A DNA stretch of 64,000 bases from Terriglobia bacterium (GTDB taxonomy: Bacteria; Acidobacteriota; Terriglobia; JAJPHL01; JAPKYU01): assembly GCA_965223005.1 (NCBI GenBank), contig CBDCVK010000002.1, forward strand, positions 493,075-557,074, written 5' to 3'. Position 1 is the first letter of the stretch. Every line of letters begins with the position of its first letter. Below, piece after piece: positions 20,459 through 29,037 of this stretch. Below the pieces are notes generated by a model. It had not been told where the DNA came from. It ran no database searches and worked only from the letters and a program-made list of their open reading frames with translations. Made by a program: the position numbers and the translations under genes.

Positions 20459-21651
20459 CTGATCTCAACCGGATGGCGCTCATCCAGCAGGCGCTGCGGG
20501 AGCGGAAACTGGACGGGTGGCTCTTCTACGACCACCATCACCGCGACCCGATCGCCTACCGGGTGCTGGGGCTGGATGAAAACGCTCTGGCTACCCGGCG
20601 CTGGTTCTACCTGGTGCCGTGCGAAGGTGAGCCTCTCAAGCTGGTTCACCGTATCGAGGCCGCACAACTGGACGCGCTGCCCGGACGCGCGCGGTCCTAC
20701 TCCTCCTGGCAGGAACTGGGCAGCGGCGTGGAGGAGATGGTGCGCGGGCGGCGCCGGGTGGCGATGCAGTATTCTCCCAACAACCTGCTGCCTTTGGTGG
20801 GGCTGGTGGATGCGGGCACGGTGGAGATGGTGCGCAGCTTCGGGGCCGAAGTGGTTTCCTCCGCGGACCTGGTGCAGATGTTCGAAGCCTGCTGGACTCC
20901 GGAAGCGCTGGAATCACACCTGGCGGCTGGACGCGCCATTGACGAGATTGTGCCGCTTGCTTTCGCCGAAATCGGCCGCCGCGTTCCCACCGACGAGTTC
21001 GCCATCCAGCAATATATTCTTGAGAAATTCCAGGCTGCCGGGCTGGTTACGGGCGAGGTGCCGATTGTGGCCGTGAACCAGAACAGCGGCAACCCGCACT
21101 ACGAGCCGCCCCGCGAGGGCTCGGCGACGATCCGCCGCGGCGATTTCGTGCTGCTCGATGTGTGGGGCAAGCAGAACCGGCCCGGGGCCGTCTATTACGA
21201 TGTCACCTGGATGGGGTATGTGGGCCGCAGCTCGGCAGACAACGAGCCGCCGGAAAAGTTTCTCCGGATTTTTGAGATCGTACGCGATGCGCGCGACCTG
21301 GGGGTGGAATTCGTCACTTCAGCGGTCCGACAGAAGCGCCCGGTACGCGGCTGGGAGGTGGACCAGGCCGTCCGGAGCTTCATTGCCGCGCGGGGCTACG
21401 GTGAGTATTTTCTCCACCGCACCGGCCACTCCCTGGGAGAGTCGGTGCACGGCAACGGTGCTAACCTCGACAATTTGGAGACGAAGGACGAACGCGAAAT
21501 CTTTCCGCGAACCTGTTTTTCTGTCGAGCCGGGCATCTACCTGCCTGAATTCGGCGTGCGTAGCGAGGTCAACGTGTACGTGGATGAGCAAGATGCCCGA
21601 GTGACTGGCGCCATCCAACGGGAAATTGTCCGGATTACGCCCGGGTCATGA
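20455..21651 (+). CDS. M24 family (Xaa-Pro) metallopeptidase
   Basis: PHY, LLDVWG...YYDVTW, HRTGHSLG..VH, FSVEPGIY, GVRSE; ATG overlaps symporter stop. Confidence 0.9.
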   Translation: MTDLNRMALIQQALRERKLDGWLFYDHHHRDPIAYRVLGLDENALATRRWFYLVPCEGEPLKLVHRIEAAQLDALPGRARSYSSWQELGSGVEEMVRGRRRVAMQYSPNNLLPLVGLVDAGTVEMVRSFGAEVVSSADLVQMFEACWTPEALESHLAAGRAIDEIVPLAFAEIGRRVPTDEFAIQQYILEKFQAAGLVTGEVPIVAVNQNSGNPHYEPPREGSATIRRGDFVLLDVWGKQNRPGAVYYDVTWMGYVGRSSADNEPPEKFLRIFEIVRDARDLGVEFVTSAVRQKRPVRGWEVDQAVRSFIAARGYGEYFLHRTGHSLGESVHGNGANLDNLETKDEREIFPRTCFSVEPGIYLPEFGVRSEVNVYVDEQDARVTGAIQREIVRITPGS

Positions 21652-22055
21652 TGAGCAAGAAATCTGAAACAACCGAGCGCGCAAAAAGAAACTACGCCGC
21701 TTATTTGCCAGTGTTGGCGGGCTGGCTCGTGCCCGGCGGCGGGCACTTCTGGCAGCGGAAATGGGGACGCGGCGCGCTGCTGCTGGTTTCGGTCGTCACA
21801 ATGTTCTTGCTGGGACTGGCGATGCGCGGCAAGATGTATCGCTACAACCCCGGCGACATCGTGGACACGCTGGCCTGGCTGGCGGACCTGGGGGCCGGCG
21901 GTCTCTACCTGGTGGCCAAATTCTTCAGCTATGACATGCCGGAACCACCCTCTGCCGCCGCCGACTACGGCACCAAGTTCCTGTTGACGGCAGGCTTGCT
22001 CAACGCCCTGGCCATGCTTGACGCCTATGACATCGCGATGAGGAGAAAGGATTGA
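21648..22055 (+). CDS. membrane protein (DUF6677-like)
   Basis: WLVPGGGH...RG, YG..FL..AGLLN.LA.LDAYDIA. Confidence 0.75.
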   Translation: MMSKKSETTERAKRNYAAYLPVLAGWLVPGGGHFWQRKWGRGALLLVSVVTMFLLGLAMRGKMYRYNPGDIVDTLAWLADLGAGGLYLVAKFFSYDMPEPPSAAADYGTKFLLTAGLLNALAMLDAYDIAMRRKD

Positions 22056-22087
22056 CCTGCCGGTAAAGGTTTGATGGAAGTTGGCCG

Positions 22088-22267
22088 ATGCTCGACCTGA
22101 CTCATCTTCAGGCAGCGACGATTTTCGCCTTCTTTACCTCCGTCGTGTTCGCGGTGATCAGCAAGAACACGATCCGCGAGCGCCTGATCTACGGAGCTTG
22201 GTGCTTTGCCGCTTTCCTGGGCGTGGTGTTCGGCCTGGGCTGGTTGATGAGATTCGGCCACGGCTAG
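22088..22267 (+). CDS. small 59-aa two-TM membrane protein (absent from ORF track)
   Basis: MLDLTHLQAATIFAFFTSVVFAVISKNTIRERLIYGAWCFAAFLGVVFGLGWLMRFGHG*; two hydrophobic helices with a basic loop. Confidence 0.75.
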   Translation: MLDLTHLQAATIFAFFTSVVFAVISKNTIRERLIYGAWCFAAFLGVVFGLGWLMRFGHG

Positions 22268-22416
22268 TCCAAGCGATGCCTGCTCCGCCGGCTGATCTCC
22301 TGGCGCGCACATACATTTTCTTGATCCTGGTTTCTGCGGAAATCTGCGTATCTGGGGATGACTCTTTTGAAAAAGTCGCTGATTCAAGTGACGAATGTCT
22401 GGGACTGCATGCCAAC

Positions 22417-23421
22417 CTAGATGTGGAGCTCGAGGATGTCTCCGTCAGCCAGCACGTAGTCCCGCTGGACCATCTGACCTACGAACTTGCCGTGTCCCCA
22501 GATGCGGGCGAATTTGAGCTGGGAAGCAAAATCCTTGTGCACGTGCTGGGCGGCTTCGAACACAGTGGAGCCGCGCTTCAGTACATAAGGCGCCGCAAGG
22601 TCGGGCTTCTTCCCGGGAGCCTTGGTGAAGACGCGGATCACTTCCAGCAGGTCGAACACGGCGCGCTTGAACGTCTCCAAGCCGCCGGCCGTTTCCGCCG
22701 ATACTGCTACCGTGGGGACGGCGCGCCAGCCGGTTGAACTTTCCTCCAACAGTTCGCGGAGCGCGGCGAAATTTTCCTCAGCACCGGGTTGGTCGACCTT
22801 GTTGCCCACCAACAGCGTGCGCTTCACGGCCGCCCCCGACGCGGGGGCGGCCGTGGTCGGCACTCCAATGCGGACGTTTTGCTTCCCTAGAAGCAGTTGC
22901 GTGGTTTCCACCTCCTCCAGCAGGTCGTCGGCAGACAAGTCCACTACCAGAGCCGTTGCGTCGGACTGCCGCACCAGCGTGGGCACCCAGCTCTCCATGA
23001 ACTGGTCCGACACCGGAGGCAGGTCCACCAGTTGGAACTGCACGTTTTCAAACGGCATCATGCCGGGGGTGGGCAGACGGGTGGTGAACGGGTAATCAGC
23101 CACTTCGGGCCGGGCGTGGGTCAGCCGGCGCACCAGCTGTGACTTGCCTACATTAGGCGCACCGACCAGGGCGACCTGGCCGGCGCCCTCTCGCTCGACG
23201 TGGTAAATCGGCAGCGTTCGTGCTGTGCCGCCCTTTTTCTGCGCCTCGCCCCGGAGCTTGGAGAGGCGCCGTTTCAGGTCGGCCTGCATCTTTTCCGTCC
23301 CCTTGTGCTTGGGGATGGCGGACAGCATCTCCTCCAACGCCTCAATTTTCTCCGGGATGCTCCTGGCCGCTTTGAACCGCTGTTCGGCTGCAAAGTATTC
23401 GGGGCTTAGGTTGGCCGGCAT
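22417..23421 (-). CDS. DRG/Rbg-like OBG-family GTPase with C-terminal TGS domain
   Basis: MPANL..EY, PKHKGTE, GAPNVGKS, YPFTT, NKVD, IRVFTK.PG, GQ.V.RDY.L.DGDILELH. Confidence 0.9.
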   Translation of the reverse strand: MPANLSPEYFAAEQRFKAARSIPEKIEALEEMLSAIPKHKGTEKMQADLKRRLSKLRGEAQKKGGTARTLPIYHVEREGAGQVALVGAPNVGKSQLVRRLTHARPEVADYPFTTRLPTPGMMPFENVQFQLVDLPPVSDQFMESWVPTLVRQSDATALVVDLSADDLLEEVETTQLLLGKQNVRIGVPTTAAPASGAAVKRTLLVGNKVDQPGAEENFAALRELLEESSTGWRAVPTVAVSAETAGGLETFKRAVFDLLEVIRVFTKAPGKKPDLAAPYVLKRGSTVFEAAQHVHKDFASQLKFARIWGHGKFVGQMVQRDYVLADGDILELHI

Positions 23422-23484
23422 GACAAGACAGGGGTCAGGTTTTCAATCTCCAGTCTTCAGTCTTAAGGTCGTAAGCCTCATGCC

Positions 23485-24078
23485 TTATCGGTTGACCAGA
23501 AGCGTCACCTTCTCCAGAGGCAAGATGCGGATGCGCTCTTCGGTGCGGGGCGCGCGCAGCAGGGTCGCTGCTCCGCGCAGGCGCTCGACATCCTCCTGCG
23601 TGGGCTCGAACGCGTAGACGTCGGCGCGGTTGCGGTAGGAGTAGGACTGGTAGCGCGGCGCGCGCGCTGCCGCCACTTCCATGAGTGTTTCCCAAAAGCT
23701 GCTCTTCTGGAGCCAGCGGCGGCGGGCCACCTGCTCGCGCCGCAGTTCGATCGTTTCTACGCCTGTGTGGACGGTAGCATAGACGCATCGTTCAACCTGA
23801 AAGGGCCGGTCCGGCTCAGGGTCGGGGAAGCGGGCCAGCAACGGCGCCAGGTCTGTGGCGTCAGCCTCTAGTGGCTCCCAGCGGTAGCGATACTGGCCCA
23901 GCACCATGCTGCCTGCCCGCAGGATTTGGTGCAGGCGCTCGGGATTCTTGCCGCCCACAGCCACCACCACCTCCAGCAGCTCCGCCATGGGAAAGTCGCG
24001 CTGCATCACGCGTGTCATGCTGATGTCCTCGGCTGCGTCCGACATCAGCTTCACACGCACCCGCTCAGGGAGCGCCAT
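23485..24078 (-). CDS. hypothetical protein
   Basis: 197-aa ORF with host-like codon usage, upstream of the GTPase. Confidence 0.7.
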   Translation of the reverse strand: MALPERVRVKLMSDAAEDISMTRVMQRDFPMAELLEVVVAVGGKNPERLHQILRAGSMVLGQYRYRWEPLEADATDLAPLLARFPDPEPDRPFQVERCVYATVHTGVETIELRREQVARRRWLQKSSFWETLMEVAAARAPRYQSYSYRNRADVYAFEPTQEDVERLRGAATLLRAPRTEERIRILPLEKVTLLVNR

Positions 24079-24168
24079 GCTCTCATGGTACCGCTTTCCT
24101 AATGTTGGGTAGTGGGTCTGTTTCCGGCAAGGGCGTTTTACGGCCGTGTGGGCTGCGTGGCAGCATAG

Positions 24169-24191
24169 GTAAACGCTAACCGACTAGTGGG
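24169..24191 (+). repeat. 23-bp repeat, copy 1 (GTAAACGCTAACCGACTAGTGGG)
   Basis: identical to 26250-26272; diverged inverted copy at about 26181-26225. Confidence 0.9.
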
Positions 24192-24437
24192 ACCTATCTG
24201 CCGAATCTGAGGCAACTTTTGCTGTTTCAGAGAATTACTGCCGCCTGAGAAAGCATTAGCAGCGAGGCAGGTTGGAGGCGGGAAAACGGACCGGACAAAT
24301 CCGCTGAATGGCCCCAAACGGCCCTGGCGCCTCCAAAAGAGGCTTGAGCATTCGAGCTTGACGCGGCAGGGCAGCTACCGTAGGCTTCGGGCGAAGAGGA
24401 AGCTCAGGTCGGAAATCCTGGTTAGAGGAGGCACGGA

Positions 24438-25577
24438 ATGAGTCGTTCGATTCGGTCCCGTCGTACCACTCGCACCTTCGCCAGCATCGTAGCGTTGGTT
24501 ATGGTCGTGTCCCTGTTTGTGACGACATTTGCGGCGACCCCGCCCAGTTCGCATGGTGGGAAGTCGAAACCTAGCTTCACCGCGGACGGTAAACTCATGC
24601 GACCCACAGGCTACCGGGAGTGGGTCTATATCGGGACGCCGATTACCCCGAACGACATGAATCCGCCTGAAGCTGCTTTCCCCGATTTCCACAATGTATA
24701 CATCCATCCCGACGATTTTGCAGCTTACAAAAAGACAGGAAAATTCCCCCAGGGCACGATCCTGGTCAAGGAGTTGGTCAGTGTGGGCTCGAAGGCGGCC
24801 ACCAGCGGCAAGGGCTATTTCATGGGCGAGTTCATCGGATTGGAGGCCACCATCAAGGACTCCAAACGCTTCCCGGATGAGCCCGGCAACTGGGCCTACT
24901 TCAGCTTTGGTCACTCCTATCCGCTGGCCGACACCGCAGAAAAGTTTCCCGCGGGGGCTTGCAACGCCTGTCACGCAGCCAGCGCTGCGGAGGATTTTGT
25001 CTTCACACAATACTACCCGGTGCTCCGAGCAGCCAAGGGGGCAAAGAGCGGTCGGGCCATGGACAGCCGCTCGGAGGAATTCAAGAAGATGGCAGGCGCC
25101 ATGTCCGGTGCAATGGCTACCGCCCTGGAGCCCACCGCGGAGGGCGCCAGTGTGGATAGCCTGGTTCCGACCGACAAAGACCGTCTGTTCAAGTACTTGC
25201 AGGACGGCTCATACAAGCAATTCGCTAAGGAATCAGCCGCGCACCCCACGCGTGGCCCGCACACGAAGTTTGGCTGGCCGGTACGGGTGTTCTTGGACCC
25301 CAAGCTCGATGCGTCGCTGAGGGCGGGTAGCACCTCCCACCCCGTTGGCTCCGCCTCTGTGAAGGAAATGTACGACGGGAATGGCAAGCTTCAGGGCTGG
25401 GCGGTCATGGTAAAAACGCAAGCCGAGAATGACAGGGGCAAGGGTTGGTTTTGGTACGAGGTCGTCAGCACTACCTCTGGTGCCAATCCAGTGGCGGCTG
25501 GTAACGGCGTCCCACTCTGCTTTGGCTGCCATTTTCCCGGCAAGGATTTTGTGCTGAGCGCCTACCCGCTTCAGTAG
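24438..25577 (+). CDS. secreted tandem two-domain cytochrome P460 family protein
   Basis: signal peptide; domain 1 PTGYREW...GTILVKEL...GLEA..KD...GNW.YF...CNACH...DFVF; domain 2 SVKEM...AVMVK...GWFWYE...CFGCH...DFV. Confidence 0.88.
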   Translation: MSRSIRSRRTTRTFASIVALVMVVSLFVTTFAATPPSSHGGKSKPSFTADGKLMRPTGYREWVYIGTPITPNDMNPPEAAFPDFHNVYIHPDDFAAYKKTGKFPQGTILVKELVSVGSKAATSGKGYFMGEFIGLEATIKDSKRFPDEPGNWAYFSFGHSYPLADTAEKFPAGACNACHAASAAEDFVFTQYYPVLRAAKGAKSGRAMDSRSEEFKKMAGAMSGAMATALEPTAEGASVDSLVPTDKDRLFKYLQDGSYKQFAKESAAHPTRGPHTKFGWPVRVFLDPKLDASLRAGSTSHPVGSASVKEMYDGNGKLQGWAVMVKTQAENDRGKGWFWYEVVSTTSGANPVAAGNGVPLCFGCHFPGKDFVLSAYPLQ

Positions 25578-25668
25578 CAAGAACCGAAGTAGATAGCGTA
25601 CAACCGTGCCAGCAGGGAACGGGAAATCAGAAACGGCCAAAAAGGAAATCTTGGACAAGGAGAAAGAC

Positions 25669-26154
25669 ATGCACACCATTCCAGACCAATCAAGGAACTC
25701 TGCTTTTTTCGGCGTGACGGTGGCGGCGCTTTTCTTGCTGCTCGCGGTACCAGTCTTGACAAAAGCTGAGAGCCACACGAAGTCGCTCTACGAAAGACTC
25801 GGCGGCTACGGAGCGATCTCAGCGGTCGTGAACGACTTCGCCGAGAAGCTCTTCACCGATCCCAAGGTCGGACCTTTTTTCAAAGGGATGGGTACGGACA
25901 CCCGGAAGTCATTCATCCAGAAGAACATCAATCTTGTCTGCAACGTCACGGGTGGGCCGTGCAAGGTCATCAGCCGAGATGCCAAGACCGTTCACGCAGG
26001 GCTGGGCATCACAGAGAAAGAGTTCAACGTCGTTGTGAACCACCTGGTGGATACCCTGGACAAGTTCAAGGTACCCGCCAAGGAGAAGGAAGAGCTACTC
26101 ACGATCATCGGCAAGCTCAAGCCGGACATCGTTGAAGAGAACCCGTCGAAGTGA
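25669..26154 (+). CDS. group I truncated hemoglobin with N-terminal signal peptide
   Basis: SLYERLGG..AI.AVV, GGP, proximal His in TVHAGLGIT, EF..VV.HL..TL; AGGAG RBS before ATG 25669. Confidence 0.9.
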   Translation: MHTIPDQSRNSAFFGVTVAALFLLLAVPVLTKAESHTKSLYERLGGYGAISAVVNDFAEKLFTDPKVGPFFKGMGTDTRKSFIQKNINLVCNVTGGPCKVISRDAKTVHAGLGITEKEFNVVVNHLVDTLDKFKVPAKEKEELLTIIGKLKPDIVEENPSK

Positions 26155-26180
26155 CCTGCCGCCTTGTCACCAGCGTTGCC

Positions 26181-26272
26181 GGATAGGTCCACACTAACGG
26201 GCGAGCGTTTACCAATGTTCTGCCGGCCTGGGTGGTGCGACGTGGATAAGTAAACGCTAACCGACTAGTGGG
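26181..26272. repeat. palindromic site: inverted copy plus direct copy 2 of the 23-bp repeat
   Basis: gataggtccacactaacgggcgagcgtttac...gtaaacgctaaccgactagtggg. Confidence 0.8.
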
Positions 26273-26411
26273 GATTTGTTCAGCGACACTTGGCCAACTG
26301 ACTCCGGCTGATACACTTGATGCCGCTATGGCGTCTGACAAACGGACGAATCAATTCGTTGCCAGATGCGGTATCATGGTCCGCATGCAGCCTTGTTCCA
26401 CGGGAGGATTC

Positions 26412-26650
26412 ATGAATCGCAGAACTTTTGTGGGTAGCGCGCTGGCTGGCGTCGCCGTCCTCGGGACTTCGGCTCGGGCGAGCAAGCTCGAAGCGGGCGA
26501 CATTCCGACCAGGGTCTTTGGCAAAACCGGCGAAAAGCTCACCATCGTCGGCCAGGCCGGGGGACGTTTCCCGCTGATCTCGTTCGAGGAGGCCAAGCAA
26601 GTCACTCTGCGAGCCCACAAGTTGGGCATCAACTACTTCGATACCGCGCG
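26412..26650 (+). pseudogene. truncated Tat-signal aldo/keto reductase (N-terminus only)
   Basis: GGAGG RBS, MNRRTF twin-Arg signal, IPTRVFGKTG, GINYFDTAR; similarity then stops abruptly. Confidence 0.8.
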
Positions 26651-26754
26651 ACCTGTCGGCATTGACGATCAGTTCGCTCTTCTCTCCGTTCACGAACACG
26701 ACTCGGAATGTACCCATGCCTTCAAGTCTAACACCCTCAAAAGGAGAAAGTTCA

Positions 26755-27759
26755 ATGAAGAAGATCGCAATCACCGTCACCCTGTTTTCCTCAATCCTGC
26801 TTTACGCCGCTACGCCGACTCTCGTTGCACAGGGGGTCACCGCTGAACCACTGTCTTGCGCGGATCACCCCATCACTGCCCCTGCTGTGCGTACACTGGA
26901 GGACGTTCAGGCGTTCGTTCAATGCGCCTACGAGTTCGTCCAAGAGGTCGGGTTCGAGGAGTCCCGCCGGGCCTTCAACGAGGACGAGCGTTGGAAAAGC
27001 GGACCCACCTATGTCTTCGTCGACGAAATGACGCCGGTTCCTGGGGCGTCTCGACCGTTTGTCTATCCACCCGACCCGTCGAGGGAAGGGGTGCCGTGGG
27101 GAGAACTAGTCGACATCTTCGGCAACGACATCGTTTTGGAATTCGTTCGTCTCCTGAATAGCTTCGACGAGGGTTGGACCTACTACGACTTCACAAACCC
27201 AGCGTCGGAAAAGAGTGAGCCGAAGGCTGCCTACGTCAAGGCCATCGACTGGAACGGGGTGCCGGCGGCGATCGGCGCGGGGATCTATCAGCGCGACATT
27301 CCGGGCACATGCAACAAGGACGATGTCAACGCCACGGTGCTCGCCGCCGATCCTTCCAACTCGAGGTTGAGGGAGTTTGTCCGTTGTGCCGCAATGGAGC
27401 TGGAATCGCAGGGGTACTTCGCCACCCGGACGCTGTCGAGCGATCCGCGCTGGAGTAGCCGCTCGATCTACGTGTTCGGCCTGGATACCTACGGCTACAC
27501 GCTGTTCAGCGGCGATCCCTACAGCCAGTGGTATGGCATCATTGCTCCCGAGTTGAACGACCATCTGGACGGGCCCTTCGGCGGCCGGGATGTGGTGAGC
27601 GTCGGCGATGCGTTCGGGGAAATCTTCCTGTACTACTCGACGCGCAATCCCGCCAGCGGAATGCTGCAGCGCAAGGTGACTTTCGTCAAGAGGGTAGTGG
27701 TCTATGGTCTGCCGGTCCTGGTCGGCTCCGGCTACTATCAGCCGGATGAGGCCCCGTAG
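26755..27759 (+). CDS. secreted protein with two Cache-like domains
   Basis: signal peptide; repeated unit FV.CA...W.S...YVF...YY...NPAS....K..YVK/FVK.......G.G.Y; no TM or output domain. Confidence 0.75.
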   Translation: MKKIAITVTLFSSILLYAATPTLVAQGVTAEPLSCADHPITAPAVRTLEDVQAFVQCAYEFVQEVGFEESRRAFNEDERWKSGPTYVFVDEMTPVPGASRPFVYPPDPSREGVPWGELVDIFGNDIVLEFVRLLNSFDEGWTYYDFTNPASEKSEPKAAYVKAIDWNGVPAAIGAGIYQRDIPGTCNKDDVNATVLAADPSNSRLREFVRCAAMELESQGYFATRTLSSDPRWSSRSIYVFGLDTYGYTLFSGDPYSQWYGIIAPELNDHLDGPFGGRDVVSVGDAFGEIFLYYSTRNPASGMLQRKVTFVKRVVVYGLPVLVGSGYYQPDEAP

Positions 27760-27924
27760 GCCGGGTCATGGTGCTTCAACAGCGAGTGGCGCAAAGGTGA
27801 CCGAATCAGGACATCGCTAAAGTGTAACAGAAGGTATTGGACTCAACTCTGAGGCCGGCTTTAGAATGCCACAATTTAAGGGATTATAAGGAACGCTTGA
27901 CCGGCCAGGGGAGGATGCTCGTGC

Positions 27925-28198
27925 CTACTGAATCAAGTCGGACTCAGGGTCGTCGAAAACCACTTTCGATTCTGGAACGTTACGGAACTCCAGGAGGGCT
28001 GCTGCCAGAGATCCGTAAGAATCCTTCTCTGCTGAAGACAATTTTGGATGCGCAAGGGTCTTCAGTGAAGCTTTCTCGAAAATTGCAAAAAAAGCTTCAG
28101 CTGTCCGATCGATCGGTTCTAGTTCTTGAAGCGCTGTTACTGATCCGACAATGTTTCCGACAAATAAGACTAGAGTCCTTCAACTCAGACAATGGCAT
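27925..28198 (-). pseudogene. hypothetical protein with a +1 frameshift
   Basis: AAAGGAG RBS before ATG 28198; MPLSELKDSS then shifts to LFVGNIVGSVTALQELEPIDRTAEAFF...DLIQ*; span is 3n+1. Confidence 0.5.
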
Positions 28199-28208
28199 GA
28201 TCTCCTTT

Positions 28209-28526
28209 CTAGTTGATCCTTACAGGAGGCACTGATGAATCACCGAAAAAGTCAAGCAAAGAAAAATCACGGTTATTCTCCAGATAATCGGCGACGAGTT
28301 TCAGGTCGTCGGAAACGTAAGGCTCTTCGTGCGGAGCGTGGCGAAGATAATAAATCAAAGGATCTAAAAGAGGGTGCTCGTCGGAATCCTTCATTTTCTG
28401 TTCAATCGTCTGCAGCATGGACACAATGGTTAAGAGAAGCAGCTGAAGAGTTTGAGAGGATATCGGCGGCAGCGTTTGGTCGATCCGTCCAATCCAGTTA
28501 GCTGTCATCGCGCAGTCCTCCCTCAA
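28209..28526 (-). CDS. hypothetical protein (lower GC)
   Basis: ORF with GAGGGAGG upstream of an internal ATG; next gene's RBS directly follows the stop. Confidence 0.5.
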   Translation of the reverse strand: MREDCAMTANWIGRIDQTLPPISSQTLQLLLLTIVSMLQTIEQKMKDSDEHPLLDPLIYYLRHAPHEEPYVSDDLKLVADYLENNRDFSLLDFFGDSSVPPVRIN

Positions 28527-28546
28527 GAATTTTCCTTGCTTATCGG

Positions 28547-28640
28547 TTGACAGTGTAGGGCTAACGGTGGGAGAATGCTCTTGGACTTACCGTTAGACCC
28601 TCCTGTCAGACCAGTTCAACCGTTTGCACCGGTCGAACTG
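28547..28640. promoter_or_regulatory. TTGACA promoter-like element within an inverted repeat, followed by a second hairpin
   Basis: TTGACA-18-GAGAAT; arms tgacagtgtagggctaacggt / accgttagaccctcctgtca; then cagttcaaccg / cggtcgaactg. Confidence 0.5.
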
Positions 28641-28643
28641 CGC

Positions 28644-28982
28644 CTATCGTACCATCGCTGGGAGCGTGGTGAACACTTGGCCTGTGAATTTCAGACCGAT
28701 TGTGTAAACCGACCGGGGCGCCGATATCCGAGCAAGGCCGACATGATTCTCTGGGATCGTTCCCAACTCATTCAAAACGAAAGCCCTAGCGGAGTTTGCT
28801 GGAATGTTCACGGTCGTGTCCAAGACGCTACTCCCAGGAACATTCCGATACGACACCACCCGCACGGCAAGCGGCTGGTCTGAGGGATTTGCCAGCGCCA
28901 GAGCAAGCAGCGCACCATCTCGGTAATCGGCAAAGAAATACGCGGCTTTGTCGGGCGTGATCTCTTCGGCAGGTTCGACCAA
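28644..28982 (-). pseudogene. C-terminal fragment of a secreted beta-rich protein
   Basis: ALALANP...IGLKFTGQVFTTLP; no signal peptide or RBS, abuts an unrelated segment. Confidence 0.5.
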
Positions 28983-29037
28983 GGCTTCACCGACCGAAAG
29001 TCAAGAGGCCCAGCAATGAACGTGGTAGGATGGCAAT

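Noticed and set aside
24169-26272. CRISPR array or integron attC interpretation of the 23-bp repeats
   Set aside because: Only two direct copies 2 kb apart, no regular spacers, no cas or intI gene, and no RYYYAAC/GTTRRRY boxes at the proper spacing
27837-28235. Plus-strand 132-aa ORF
   Set aside because: No clear RBS or motif; the minus strand has a strong RBS coupled to the upstream gene (not fully excluded)
28558-28600. GGCTAAC...GTTAGAC as an attC site
   Set aside because: About 40 bp, shorter than known attC sites, and the left box does not fit RYYYAAC
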